Assembly (NCBI GenBank): GCA_041662565.1
Contig: JBAZSE010000004.1
Location: 7,398 to 71,397, forward strand
Length of the DNA: 64,000 bases
From: Patescibacteria group bacterium
GTDB lineage: Bacteria > Patescibacteriota > Patescibacteriia > UBA1558 > UBA10009
Direction of reading: 5' to 3'
The notes beneath the pieces were generated by a model. The model saw only the letters and a list, made by a program, of their open reading frames with translations, made no database searches and was not told where the DNA came from. Below are positions 30,095 to 40,327 of the stretch, one piece after another (positions within the stretch are counted from its first letter, which is position 1; each line of letters begins with the position of its first letter). The position numbers and the translations under genes were made by a program.

Positions 30095-30343
30095 ATGACT
30101 CAAGAAATCAACGAAAACAGCATCTATACTACAGCCGAAACCGAAAAACTGCTCAAAATAAGCAATAGCACTATGAAGCGATTGCTTAAAAAGGGTTTGA
30201 TTAAAGGCAATAAAATAGGTAGACAATACCGCATTTTAGGCCGAGAAATTTTACGCCTCGTTTCTCCGGAAGTAGAAGCTAAAGCCACCAAATCATACCT
30301 TAAATTAATAGATCCTATAAAAAATACCATTAAACATTGGTAA
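30095..30343 (+). CDS. Small helix-turn-helix DNA-binding protein (excisionase/MerR-like HTH_17 family)
   Basis: 82 aa; YTTAETEKLLKISNSTMKRLLKKGLIKGNKIGRQYRI is a typical HTH_17 signature. The track start (30059) is TTG and overlaps the promoter; ATG 30095 is preferred. Confidence 0.6.
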   Translation: MTQEINENSIYTTAETEKLLKISNSTMKRLLKKGLIKGNKIGRQYRILGREILRLVSPEVEAKATKSYLKLIDPIKNTIKHW

Positions 30344-30346
30344 TTT

Positions 30347-31411
30347 ATGAATTTACCTAAAAAAGCTTTAATTACTGGCATTACCGGCCAAGACGGTTCC
30401 TATTTAACCGAACTGTTACTATCAAAAGGTTATGAAGTTCATGGCTTAATTAGACGATCCAGCAATTTTAACACCGGCCGGTTGGATCATATTTACCAGG
30501 ATCCGCATGATGCTGGCAGGCGTTTATTTTTATATTATGGTGATTTAACCGACGGCTCCAACATTGCTCGGCTGTTGGAAAAAATAAAACCGGATGAAAT
30601 TTACAACCTTGGCGCGCAAAGCCAAGTTAGAACCAGTTTTGAAATACCGGTTTACACAGGCAATGCCGATGGCTTGGGCGCCCTGCGCCTTTTGGAAACA
30701 ATCAAGGATACGGGTTTAAAAGTTAAATTTTACCAAGCCGGCTCTTCGGAAATGTTTGGCAAGGTTAAAGAAATTCCTCAAACCGAAACAACCCCTTTTT
30801 ATCCCCGCAGTCCTTATGGCTGTGCTAAGGCCTATGCCCACTATTTGGCGGTTAATTACCGCGAGGCCTATGGCATGTTTATTTGCAACGGAATTTTATT
30901 CAATCATGAGTCACCCAGACGCGGCGAAACATTTGTTACCAAAAAAATAACCAAGGCCATGGCTAAAATTCGCCTAGGCAAACAGGAAAAATTGTTTTTA
31001 GGCAATTTGGATGCCAAACGCGACTGGGGCTATGCGCCAGATTATGTAGAAGCCATGTGGCAGATGCTTCAACAAGAACAAGGAGATGATTACGTTATTG
31101 CCACAGGCCAATCCCACAGCGTTAGAGAATTTGTTGAACTTACAGCCAAACTGTTGGGTTATCAATTAACCTGGCAAGGAGAAGGGCTTGAAGAAAAAGG
31201 TATTGATGCAAAATCCGGAAAAATTTTAGTAGAAATTGATCCGGAATATTTTAGGCCAACCGAAGTGGATTTTTTATTAGGCAACCCGGCTAAAGCCAAA
31301 GAAAAATTAAACTGGCAACCAAAAGTGCAATTTACCGATTTGGTAAAAATCATGCTAAAAGCGGAATTTGCCAATTTTAATCTTAATCCCGATGATTATT
31401 TAATTGCTTAA
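30347..31411 (+). CDS. gmd: GDP-mannose 4,6-dehydratase
   Basis: [47 protein letters not shown]; 354 aa. Confidence 0.9.
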   Translation: MNLPKKALITGITGQDGSYLTELLLSKGYEVHGLIRRSSNFNTGRLDHIYQDPHDAGRRLFLYYGDLTDGSNIARLLEKIKPDEIYNLGAQSQVRTSFEIPVYTGNADGLGALRLLETIKDTGLKVKFYQAGSSEMFGKVKEIPQTETTPFYPRSPYGCAKAYAHYLAVNYREAYGMFICNGILFNHESPRRGETFVTKKITKAMAKIRLGKQEKLFLGNLDAKRDWGYAPDYVEAMWQMLQQEQGDDYVIATGQSHSVREFVELTAKLLGYQLTWQGEGLEEKGIDAKSGKILVEIDPEYFRPTEVDFLLGNPAKAKEKLNWQPKVQFTDLVKIMLKAEFANFNLNPDDYLIA

Positions 31412-31415
31412 AATC

Positions 31416-33206
31416 ATGGTTTTAGTAGATACCCATAAATTAGCCAATATCTTAAAGCTTGCTCATAAGGCCTTTTTTAAGTATAAAAAAAAGATTGTTA
31501 TTTTAACCGCGCTGGGCTTTATTAGCGGGCTTTTAGAAAGCATTGGGGTTAATGCTTTAATTCCCCTATTTTCCTTTGCCACCAAAAACAAAGAGTACGG
31601 CAGCGATTTGGTAACCGATGTCATTGAAAAAACTTTTAATTTTTTGCATATAAACTTTAATATCAGATATCTTTTAATATTTGTTTGTTTAATGTTTGTG
31701 TTAAAAGCCGTCATGTTGATTATTTCCAGCTATATCAGCGTAAGAATCACTACTGATTACGAAAAGGCCACTCGGTCTGATTTATACAAAAAAACCATGA
31801 ACAGCGATTGGCCCCATTTAATCCAACAAAAACTGGGTTATTTGGAAAACACCATTATGACCGATGTGCAATACAGCGCCAATCTTCTTCAGCAATTAAG
31901 CGATACCATCATGGTAATTACCAGCTTACTGATGTATATCCTGATTGCCATAAATATTTCGCTTTATATAACCTTAATTACTTTGGTTTTGGGCTTGTGC
32001 TTATTCTTTTTCTTTAAACCCACCATGTACCGCATTAAAAATAATGCGGAAAAAATGGTCCAATTCAATAAAAAAATCTCCCACTTTATCAACGAAAGCA
32101 TTGTGGGTATTAAAACCGTTAAAGCCACCATGGCCGGAGAAAAGTTAATGGAACGGGCAAAGTTGTTTTTTGAAGAATTAAATGTTTACAAGATAAAAAT
32201 ATTCTTGCTCCGCAATATTACCCAATCATTTATTCAACCGATCAGCTTGATTTTTATCTGCGTTATTTTTGCTATTTACTATAAATCCGCCAATTTTAAT
32301 CTGCCTTCAATGATCGCCATCGTTTACTTGATCCAAAGAATTTTTCAATATATCCAACAACTTCAAGGTCGTTTTCAAAGCATTAATGAAGCTTACCCCT
32401 ATTTAAAAAATGCCATAAATTTCAGCGAAGCATCCTCTCAACATCAAGAACAAAATAAGGGCAACGAACCATATCAATTTACCAACCAGCTGGTTTTTAA
32501 AGATGTAAGTTTTTCTTACCATGAGAACAAAGCTGTTTTGGAAAAAATTGATTTTACCATTAATAAAGGCATGATGGTTGGCTTAATTGGCCCATCCGGC
32601 GCAGGCAAAACCACAATTGTGGATCTTATTTTGCGGCTCTACCAACACGAAAGCGGCCAAATCCTGCTTGATGGCCGCGATATTAAAAAAATTGAATTAA
32701 AACAATGGCGCAAAAATATCGGCTATATTTCTCAGGATATGTTTTTGCTAAATGATACCATTGCCAATAACATTAAATTTTATGATGAAGCCGTAGGCCC
32801 GGCAGAAATTCAAGCAGCTGCCAAAATGGCCAATATCGATGATTTTGTGGAATCATTGCCCGAAAAATACGAATCAATAATCGGCGAACGCGGAGTTTTG
32901 CTTTCGGCCGGTCAAAGGCAAAGGATCGTTATTGCCAGAGTTTTAGCCAAGCAACCGGAATTTTTAATCTTGGATGAAGCTACCAGTGCACTGGATAACG
33001 AATCCGAATTTAAAATCCAACAAGTTTTGGAAAAACTAAAAGGCAAAATTACCATTATTGCCATTGCCCATCGCCTTTCAACCATTATTGAATCCGATAA
33101 ATTGTTGGTTTTGGAAAATGGTAAAATTATTGAGGAAGGCAAACCGGCTGATCTGCTAAAAGCCAAGGAATCGTATTTTTATAAAGTTTATAATATCAGA
33201 AATTAA
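31416..33206 (+). CDS. ABC exporter, fused transmembrane and ATPase domains (MsbA/Wzk-like)
   Basis: Six N-terminal TM helices; Walker A GPSGAGKTT, signature LSAGQRQRIVIARVL, Walker B ILDEATSALD. The track start is TTG (31404); ATG 31416 is preferred. Confidence 0.8.
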   Translation: MVLVDTHKLANILKLAHKAFFKYKKKIVILTALGFISGLLESIGVNALIPLFSFATKNKEYGSDLVTDVIEKTFNFLHINFNIRYLLIFVCLMFVLKAVMLIISSYISVRITTDYEKATRSDLYKKTMNSDWPHLIQQKLGYLENTIMTDVQYSANLLQQLSDTIMVITSLLMYILIAINISLYITLITLVLGLCLFFFFKPTMYRIKNNAEKMVQFNKKISHFINESIVGIKTVKATMAGEKLMERAKLFFEELNVYKIKIFLLRNITQSFIQPISLIFICVIFAIYYKSANFNLPSMIAIVYLIQRIFQYIQQLQGRFQSINEAYPYLKNAINFSEASSQHQEQNKGNEPYQFTNQLVFKDVSFSYHENKAVLEKIDFTINKGMMVGLIGPSGAGKTTIVDLILRLYQHESGQILLDGRDIKKIELKQWRKNIGYISQDMFLLNDTIANNIKFYDEAVGPAEIQAAAKMANIDDFVESLPEKYESIIGERGVLLSAGQRQRIVIARVLAKQPEFLILDEATSALDNESEFKIQQVLEKLKGKITIIAIAHRLSTIIESDKLLVLENGKIIEEGKPADLLKAKESYFYKVYNIRN

Positions 33207-33216
33207 TTTTAAACTT

Positions 33217-34173
33217 ATGAATAAAAATAGCAAAATTTATGTTGCCGGACACACCGGTTTAGTGGGCTCGGCCATCGTTAGGGCTTTGCAGGCCGCTGGC
33301 TATGATAATTTAGTTTTAAAAACACATGAGGAATTGGATTTATTAAACCAACAAGCAGTGGCTGATTTTTTTGCCAAAAACCAGCCGGAATACGTTTTTT
33401 TGGCAGCAGCCAAAGTTGGCGGCATTATGGCCAATAACACCCAGCCAGCAGAATTTATTTACAATAATTTACAAATTGAAATAAACATCATTCATCAGGC
33501 CTACTTAAATAAAGTCAAAAAATTACTGTTTTTGGGCTCATCCTGCATTTATCCTCGGGAATGCCCTCAGCCGATGAAAGAAGAATATTTACTAACCGGC
33601 CTATTGGAACCAACCAACGAGGCCTATGCTATTGCTAAAATTTCCGGCATAAAAATGTGCCAAAGCTATAATCGCCAATATGGTACAAATTTTATTGCGG
33701 TTATGCCTACCAATTTATACGGCGAAAATGATAATTTTGATCCTCAAAGTTCACACCTTTTACCTGCCTTGATTAAAAAATTCAGCGAAGCCATCAAAAA
33801 CAATGCCCCAAGCGTGCCAATTTGGGGCACAGGTGTAGCCCGGCGCGAATTTTTACATGTGGATGATATGGCCGATGGCTGCTTGTTTTTGATGAATAAT
33901 TTTAACCCAACCAAAGAACAAAACAATCAAGGTGAAATTTTCTTTAACCTGGGCACAGGCAAGGATTTAACGATTAAAGAATTGGTTGATTTATTTAAAA
34001 AAATAACCAATTACCAAGGCGAAATTGAGTGGGATGCTACTAAACCCGACGGCATGCCCCAAAAATTACAGGATATGACCAAAATGCACGGCCTTGGTTG
34101 GAAACATAAGATTGAATTAGAAGAAGGAATTAAGCGAACTTACGATTGGTATTTGCAAAAACAAAAAGCTTAG
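33217..34173 (+). CDS. fcl: GDP-L-fucose synthase (GDP-4-keto-6-deoxymannose 3,5-epimerase/4-reductase)
   Basis: KIYVAGHTGLVGSAI, LGSSCIYP, YAIAKISG; 318 aa. Confidence 0.85.
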   Translation: MNKNSKIYVAGHTGLVGSAIVRALQAAGYDNLVLKTHEELDLLNQQAVADFFAKNQPEYVFLAAAKVGGIMANNTQPAEFIYNNLQIEINIIHQAYLNKVKKLLFLGSSCIYPRECPQPMKEEYLLTGLLEPTNEAYAIAKISGIKMCQSYNRQYGTNFIAVMPTNLYGENDNFDPQSSHLLPALIKKFSEAIKNNAPSVPIWGTGVARREFLHVDDMADGCLFLMNNFNPTKEQNNQGEIFFNLGTGKDLTIKELVDLFKKITNYQGEIEWDATKPDGMPQKLQDMTKMHGLGWKHKIELEEGIKRTYDWYLQKQKA

Positions 34174-34219
34174 AGCTAAAAATTAATTAGGCACTCTGTA
34201 ATTGGATTTATATAAACAT

Positions 34220-35647
34220 ATGAAAATAATGCTTATCTGGGATAGCTCCCAAACAGAAGTTGGCAAACTTATTCAAGAATTGGAACAAAATAACCATGAA
34301 TTAGTTTACTGGCTTGGCGGTGAAAGCGAAAAACATTACTGCCCCAATAATGCCGTTTTTCATAATTGCAAAGAAGCGATTTTAAATAAACCGGCTGATG
34401 GTTTTACCGTTGAGCAATTTCCTACTCCGAGTAAAGAACTTATTCAAAAACTGCATCATGCAGAAGCAATTATTTTAACCATGATGAATGGCAAATTTGG
34501 GGGTTTAGCTACTGATCTGCGCAAACATTTTTATTACAATTCAATTCGCTACTGGCAAGGAATTTTAAATTTACTCAAGCCGGAAGCGATAATTTTTGTC
34601 ACCGTTCCCCATACGCCATTTGATTATTTAATTTACGAATTGGCGAAAATTTTAAATATTAAAACCATTCTTCTTGAGGGCACTTGGATTTCCGATCGGG
34701 CTTACGTTTACGATGATTTTCGGGAGCCGATTAAAAAAATCATTGAAGTTAAAAAATTAAACCAAGGAAAAAATTTCGAAGTTTCTGATTTGAGTTCGGA
34801 TTTACAAAATTACTTTTTTAAACAAACCGATCCTGCCAAAGATTCAACTCCCCTGTATATGCCCATCCAATTTAAGCAATACCTGGGCAAAAGCTTGTGG
34901 CTGCGCCGTTATAAACACTTAAAAGCTTCATTAAAAAGCGGAGCATTGATTAAAAACGCGCTTGCCTGGCTTAATAAAAAAATCGGGCCAAACTTAAAAA
35001 AAGATTACGAGGCGCTTCAAGTGGAGCCGGATTTAACCAAGCCCTTTGTTTACGCGGCTTTGCATTTGCAACCCGAAATGACCACTTCGCCCCAAGGAGA
35101 TATTTATGTTGACCAAATTTTACTACTGGAAACTCTATCCCATGCCTTGCCCAAAAATTGGGTCATTTACGTTAAAGAACACCCGATTCAATGGCTTTTT
35201 AGAGGACTAAGTTATTTTGATTATCGCTATAAAGGATATTACCAAAGAATCGCCGACCTTAAAAACGTTTATTTGGTTCCGGTTAATTATTCCTCTATTA
35301 AATTGGTTTCTCATGCCCAAGCCGTAGCCACTGCTACCGGCACAGTGGCCTGGGAAGCGGTTTTAAGAGGCAAACCGGGTATGGTGTTTGGCTATCCTTG
35401 GTATCGCCATTGCGACGGTGTTTTTACCATAACCAGCAGTGAGGATTGCCAAGAAGTTTATAACAAAATCATCAACGGTTATACCGTGCCCAAACAAGAG
35501 GTTATTAACTTTCTGTACTATTTTGACAAAGCCACAATTCACGGCTATATTAATATGGATATTGAAAAAAATACCACTCTAACCCCAGCCCAAAGCGCTG
35601 CAAATATCAGAGCGGCTTTATTAAAAGAATTAACCAACCAAAACTAA
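34220..35647 (+). CDS. Hypothetical; C-terminal half resembles Capsule_synth/TagF-like GT-B transferases
   Basis: Motif pattern LHLQPE...VKEHPIQ...GTVAWEAVLRGKPGMVFGYPWY. Weak family assignment. The track start is TTG at 34202; the first ATG is 34220. Confidence 0.3.
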   Translation: MKIMLIWDSSQTEVGKLIQELEQNNHELVYWLGGESEKHYCPNNAVFHNCKEAILNKPADGFTVEQFPTPSKELIQKLHHAEAIILTMMNGKFGGLATDLRKHFYYNSIRYWQGILNLLKPEAIIFVTVPHTPFDYLIYELAKILNIKTILLEGTWISDRAYVYDDFREPIKKIIEVKKLNQGKNFEVSDLSSDLQNYFFKQTDPAKDSTPLYMPIQFKQYLGKSLWLRRYKHLKASLKSGALIKNALAWLNKKIGPNLKKDYEALQVEPDLTKPFVYAALHLQPEMTTSPQGDIYVDQILLLETLSHALPKNWVIYVKEHPIQWLFRGLSYFDYRYKGYYQRIADLKNVYLVPVNYSSIKLVSHAQAVATATGTVAWEAVLRGKPGMVFGYPWYRHCDGVFTITSSEDCQEVYNKIINGYTVPKQEVINFLYYFDKATIHGYINMDIEKNTTLTPAQSAANIRAALLKELTNQN

Positions 35648-35648
35648 T

Positions 35649-36650
35649 ATGAATCCAGAATTATTCAAAGATAAAACAGTTTTAATTACCGGCGGCACCG
35701 GTTCGTTCGGTAAAAACTACGCCCGTTTTTTGCTAAAAAATTCCGAGCTTAAAAAGCTGATTATTTTCAGCCGAGACGAGCTAAAGCAGTTTCACATGCA
35801 AAAAGAATTTAAGGATGAAAGAGTTAGATTTTTTATCGGCGACGTTAGGGATTTACCCAGATTGTTGCGCGCTTTTAACGGCGTGGATATCGTAGTTCAT
35901 GCCGCAGCTTTAAAGCAAGTTCCGGCTTTGGAATACAATCCTTTTGAAGCGGTTAAAACCAATATTTTAGGCAGCCAAAACGTGATTGATGCCGCGATAG
36001 ATCAAAACGTGGAAAAAGTATTATTGATTTCTACCGATAAAGCCGCTCAGCCCATAAACCTTTACGGTTCAACAAAATTGTGCGCCGAAAAATTATTTAT
36101 TAACGGTAATATGTATTCCGGCGGTAAAACAAAATTCGCTTGCGTTAGATACGGCAACGTTATTGGCAGCCGAGGCAGCATTGTTGATCATTTGATAAAT
36201 AATCCCGAACTGCCTAAAGTCCAAATTACCCATGAAAAAATGACCCGTTTTTGGATTACCTTGGAGCAGGCATTTGGCTTGGTTAACTTTGCCCTGGAAA
36301 ACATGGCGGGCGGAGAAATTTTTATTCCCAAAATTCCCAGCATGAACTTGGTTGATTTGTTCCAAGTACTGGCGCCTAAAGCGGAAAAAGAAATTATCGG
36401 AATTAGGCCGGGTGAAAAACTTCACGAAATGCTGTTAACCAACGAAGAAGCCAGGCACGCGCTGGAACTGGAAAATTATTACGTGGTGTTACCCGAATAC
36501 GAACAAATGTTTAATATTAAAGAAAGATACAAACATCATTTTGTTGTTGGCAAAAACCTGCCCGAAGATTTTAATTTTACCAGTAATAACAACCAAAGCT
36601 GGTTAACTTGCGAAAATCTTAATTTGATAATAGTAGACCTAAAAATATGA
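35649..36650 (+). CDS. pseB: UDP-N-acetylglucosamine 4,6-dehydratase (inverting), PseB/FlaA1-like
   Basis: KTVLITGGTGSFGKNY, IFSRDELKQ, RFFIGDVRD, STDKAAQPINLYGSTK. Confidence 0.75.
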   Translation: MNPELFKDKTVLITGGTGSFGKNYARFLLKNSELKKLIIFSRDELKQFHMQKEFKDERVRFFIGDVRDLPRLLRAFNGVDIVVHAAALKQVPALEYNPFEAVKTNILGSQNVIDAAIDQNVEKVLLISTDKAAQPINLYGSTKLCAEKLFINGNMYSGGKTKFACVRYGNVIGSRGSIVDHLINNPELPKVQITHEKMTRFWITLEQAFGLVNFALENMAGGEIFIPKIPSMNLVDLFQVLAPKAEKEIIGIRPGEKLHEMLLTNEEARHALELENYYVVLPEYEQMFNIKERYKHHFVVGKNLPEDFNFTSNNNQSWLTCENLNLIIVDLKI

Positions 36651-37756
36651 TTTCTTACGGATCGCAAAACATTGATCAAGCGGATATTAATGAAGTTATT
36701 AAAGTATTACGTTCCGCTAATTTAACCCAAGGCCCTAAAGTTAAAGAATTTGAAATAAAACTGGCCAAATACAGCGGAGTAAAATACGCGGTTGCCGTTT
36801 CCAATGGCACCGCTGCCCTATTTTTAGCTTATTTGGCGGCCGGATTAAAGCCAGGCGATGAAATAATCACCACGCCTAATTCCTTTGTGGCTACCACCAA
36901 TATGATGCTTGCTTTGGGCATTAAACCGGTTTTTGTTGATATTTCTTTGGCTACTTACAACATGGATGAGCGCAACATTATTAAAGCCCTAACCAAAAAA
37001 ACCAAAGCCATTGTGCCGGTGGATTTTGGAGGCCAAGCCGCTGATTTAAAAACTATCAATCTTTTGGCAAAAAAACATGGGCTTCTTATTATAGAAGATG
37101 CCAGCCATGCTCTAGGTGCCAAGCATTATGGCAAAAAAATCGGCCAGTGGGCGGATTTAACAATTTTTAGCTTTCATCCCGTTAAATCAATTACTACCGG
37201 CGAAGGCGGAGCCATTTTAACCAACAATAAAAATTTATACCAAAAATTGCTTTTATTAAGAAGCCATGGCATCCATAAAAATCAACAGGGCCGCAACGTG
37301 ATGACGGAACTTGGCTATAACTTTCGCTTAACCGATTTGCAATCGGCCTTAGGCAGTTCGCAATTAAAAAAAGTTGATTCTTTTATTAAAAAACGCCGAG
37401 AGGTTGTCAAATGGTATCAGGCGGAATTAAAAAATTTAAGCCAAATTATTTTACCGCAAGAAAAGCCGGAAAATTATTCCAGTTGGCACTTGTATGTTAT
37501 CAGGACAAAAAAAATATCAGATCGCGATATGTTGGGAAATTTTTTAACTAACAAAGGCATTGGCATTAATTATCATTATCCGGCTATTTACAAGCAACCC
37601 TACTATCAAAAAATCGGTTTTAAAAAAACAAATTTACTTAACGAAGAAATTTATCAATCCAGTTGCTTAACTCTCCCCTGCCACACTCTTTTAACCCAAA
37701 AAGATATAAAATACATTGCCGGGGAAATTAAAAAATTTTACCATAGCAAAAAATAA
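36647..37756 (+). CDS. pseC: DegT/DnrJ/EryC1-family aminotransferase, PseC-like
   Basis: N-terminus ISYGSQNIDQADINEV; PLP-lysine region SFHPVKSITTGEGG. ATG overlaps the pseB stop (ATGA). Confidence 0.7.
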   Translation: MISYGSQNIDQADINEVIKVLRSANLTQGPKVKEFEIKLAKYSGVKYAVAVSNGTAALFLAYLAAGLKPGDEIITTPNSFVATTNMMLALGIKPVFVDISLATYNMDERNIIKALTKKTKAIVPVDFGGQAADLKTINLLAKKHGLLIIEDASHALGAKHYGKKIGQWADLTIFSFHPVKSITTGEGGAILTNNKNLYQKLLLLRSHGIHKNQQGRNVMTELGYNFRLTDLQSALGSSQLKKVDSFIKKRREVVKWYQAELKNLSQIILPQEKPENYSSWHLYVIRTKKISDRDMLGNFLTNKGIGINYHYPAIYKQPYYQKIGFKKTNLLNEEIYQSSCLTLPCHTLLTQKDIKYIAGEIKKFYHSKK

Positions 37757-37765
37757 TCAAATTTT

Positions 37766-38839
37766 ATGCTAAACAATCAAAATTTTCCTCAACAAATTAA
37801 GATCGGCAACCGAACAATCGGCCTTAACGAACCAACCCTTTTTATTGCCGATATCGGAGCCAATTTTGACCGCGATTTAACCAAAGCCAAAAAACTGGCT
37901 TTAGCGGCCAAAGATGCCGGAGCTGATGTGGTTAAATTTCAAACATTTAAGGCCGACAAAATAGTTTCCGGCCCCAGCTTTGCCAAAATGCAATTAAAAG
38001 GCGTTCATGGCTCTTGGAACAAGCCAATCAATGAGGTTTTTGCCGCAGCGGAGTTCCCTCGCGAATGGCATAAGGAATTAATGGATTATTGCCACGAAAT
38101 TGGAGTAATGTTCAATTCCTCACCATATGATTTTGAAGCGGTAGATTTATTGGAAGAATTGAATGTGGAATTTTATAAAATAGGTTCCGGTGAAATTACC
38201 TGGCATGAAATGCTCCAATACATTGCTAAAAAAAATAAACCCATGATTTTGGCCACAGGAGACAGCACCTTGGCGGAAGTAGATGAAGCAATAAGCGTGA
38301 TTGAAAAAACCGGCAACCGCAATTTAATTTTATTGCAATGCATTACCAATTATCCTTCCAAAATAGAAAGCGCCAATATTAATGTGCTTAAAACCTATCA
38401 AACCGCTTACAATATTTTAACCGGCTATTCTGATCACACACCCGGCGACATTGTTATCTTAGGTTCTATTGCCTTAGGCGGCCGTGTGGTTGAAAAACAC
38501 TTTACTTTAAATAAGAAGGATGCCGGACCAGACCATCCTCATTCCATGGAACCGGCTGAATTTAAATTAATGGTGGATCGGGCCAGATTGTTAGAAAAAG
38601 CTCTAGGTAGTACGCGTAAAGAAGTAGTGGAAGAAGAAACCGAAACCGTGATTGTCCAAAGAAGATCTTTGCATGTAACTAGGGATATGGCAGCCGGCGA
38701 AATAATTAAGGCAGAGGATATAATTGAACTTAGGCCGGCCGTAGGCATTTTGCCCAAATTTAAAAACTTGGTAGTTGGTCATAAGATTAAAAACAATTTA
38801 TTAAAGCATGAGGCCCTAACTTGGGAGAATTTGGAATAA
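37766..38839 (+). CDS. pseI: Nonulosonic acid synthase (NeuB/PseI family) with a C-terminal SAF domain
   Basis: FIADIGANFDRDLTKAKKLALAAKDAGADVVKFQTF (TIM-barrel NeuB) plus a C-terminal antifreeze-like SAF domain. Confidence 0.75.
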   Translation: MLNNQNFPQQIKIGNRTIGLNEPTLFIADIGANFDRDLTKAKKLALAAKDAGADVVKFQTFKADKIVSGPSFAKMQLKGVHGSWNKPINEVFAAAEFPREWHKELMDYCHEIGVMFNSSPYDFEAVDLLEELNVEFYKIGSGEITWHEMLQYIAKKNKPMILATGDSTLAEVDEAISVIEKTGNRNLILLQCITNYPSKIESANINVLKTYQTAYNILTGYSDHTPGDIVILGSIALGGRVVEKHFTLNKKDAGPDHPHSMEPAEFKLMVDRARLLEKALGSTRKEVVEEETETVIVQRRSLHVTRDMAAGEIIKAEDIIELRPAVGILPKFKNLVVGHKIKNNLLKHEALTWENLE

Positions 38840-38908
38840 GTGGACGCGTTCGCATCGGCTTGAAAAAATTATTAATTCAGCGGATTAAAAAAGATTATAG
38901 ACGCACTT

Positions 38909-39556
38909 ATGAATTATTTAGAAGCAAAAAAAATAATGGGAGCTAATTTTATCGGCCCCGAAGAACTGAATAAAATAAAAAAACCCATGGGCCTTAAAAA
39001 TCCTTTAATGGCAAAAATTCCAGCTATTCCTTTTACAAGCCAACTTTTAAATAAAATAAAGCGCGATTACCTTCTTATATTAGGTATGCCAAAAAACTCC
39101 GCAAACAAGCCCTTAACCATCAATGAATTAAGAAAAACTTTCGGTTATGATCCAAAAAACTTTCAACCTTGTTTTTACAACCAAGATTGGTATTTAAAAG
39201 AAAAATTTGCCTCTTATGTCACTTTAGCTAATCAATGGTATTTAATCAAAAAAACAATTTCTCCTAATACCTTGGGCAAGCAACCAAAAGATTTACTAAA
39301 AACATTAAACAATAATATTTCCTTGCCTTCGGCAATTTTAACAGCTTACGCTTTTTTTGCCTTTTATTTTTTAAACAACGGAAAAAAACTTTGGGTTAAC
39401 AATTTTATTTGGTGTAATGATACGGATCATAATGGCGATCAAATCTATGTTGGCAGATACTGCGATCCGAAAAAAATCAATAAAAACGGTTTTAATATCC
39501 ATCGTTATTTAACCATTAATAAAATTTACGGCTTAGCCCCGATTATTACCAAATAA
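38909..39556 (+). CDS. Hypothetical protein inside the nonulosonic acid cassette
   Basis: 215 aa, ATG start, tight spacing to neighbours. No motif recognised. Confidence 0.3.
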   Translation: MNYLEAKKIMGANFIGPEELNKIKKPMGLKNPLMAKIPAIPFTSQLLNKIKRDYLLILGMPKNSANKPLTINELRKTFGYDPKNFQPCFYNQDWYLKEKFASYVTLANQWYLIKKTISPNTLGKQPKDLLKTLNNNISLPSAILTAYAFFAFYFLNNGKKLWVNNFIWCNDTDHNGDQIYVGRYCDPKKINKNGFNIHRYLTINKIYGLAPIITK

Positions 39557-39557
39557 T

Positions 39558-40322
39558 ATGATTACCGCCATAATCCAAGCCAGAACCAGTTCTAGCCGCT
39601 TACCGGGCAAAGTTTTGTTAAAATTAAACGGCCAAACTGTTTTAGAACAGGTGGTTCGCAGAGTTAAAAAAAGCAAACTTATTAAGGATGTTATTATTGC
39701 TACTACTACCGATAAATCCGATAATAAAATCGTTAAACTTTGCAAAAATAAAAAAATCAAATTTTTTAGGGGCGATATGAACAATGTGCTGGACCGTTAT
39801 TACCAAACCGCCAAAAAATTCAACTTAAAACATATTTGCCGGGTTACTTCGGATTGCCCTTTAATCGATCCTGATGTTATAGATTTGGTAGCCAAAAAAT
39901 ACTTAAAAACGCGCGCCCAGTATGCTTCCAGCTCTCGGCCAAAACCAACTTATCCCGATGGCCTGGATACGGAAATTTTCAGTTTTAAGGCCTTAACCAG
40001 GGCCTGGCAAGAAGCCCAACTTCTTTCGGAAAAAGAACACGTTACTCCTTACATTTGGAAAAACCCAAAAAAATTCAAATCAGTCATGGTAAAAAATAAA
40101 AAAGATCTTTCCGCTTTGCGCTGGACCTTGGACGAAAAAATTGATTTTGTTTTAATCAAGGAAATTTATCGCAAACTTGGGAAAAATAATAAAATTTTCC
40201 TTATGGCTGATATTTTAAACTTGCTAAAAAAACGGCCCGAACTTTCTACGATGAATACTTCAATTAAAAGAAATGCCGGCTATTTTAAATCTTTAAAAGA
40301 AGATAAACGAATATCCAAATAA
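39558..40322 (+). CDS. Acylneuraminate cytidylyltransferase-family protein (SpsF/PseF-like, CTP_transf_3)
   Basis: MITAIIQARTSSSRLPGKVLLKLNGQTVL. Confidence 0.65.
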   Translation: MITAIIQARTSSSRLPGKVLLKLNGQTVLEQVVRRVKKSKLIKDVIIATTTDKSDNKIVKLCKNKKIKFFRGDMNNVLDRYYQTAKKFNLKHICRVTSDCPLIDPDVIDLVAKKYLKTRAQYASSSRPKPTYPDGLDTEIFSFKALTRAWQEAQLLSEKEHVTPYIWKNPKKFKSVMVKNKKDLSALRWTLDEKIDFVLIKEIYRKLGKNNKIFLMADILNLLKKRPELSTMNTSIKRNAGYFKSLKEDKRISK

Positions 40323-40327
40323 TATTT

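Noticed and set aside
30059-30343. Prophage or integrative element suggested by the excisionase-family HTH gene
   Set aside because: No integrase, tRNA, direct repeats or phage structural genes anywhere in the window, and flanking genes are ordinary glycan genes. It is more likely a stand-alone regulator.
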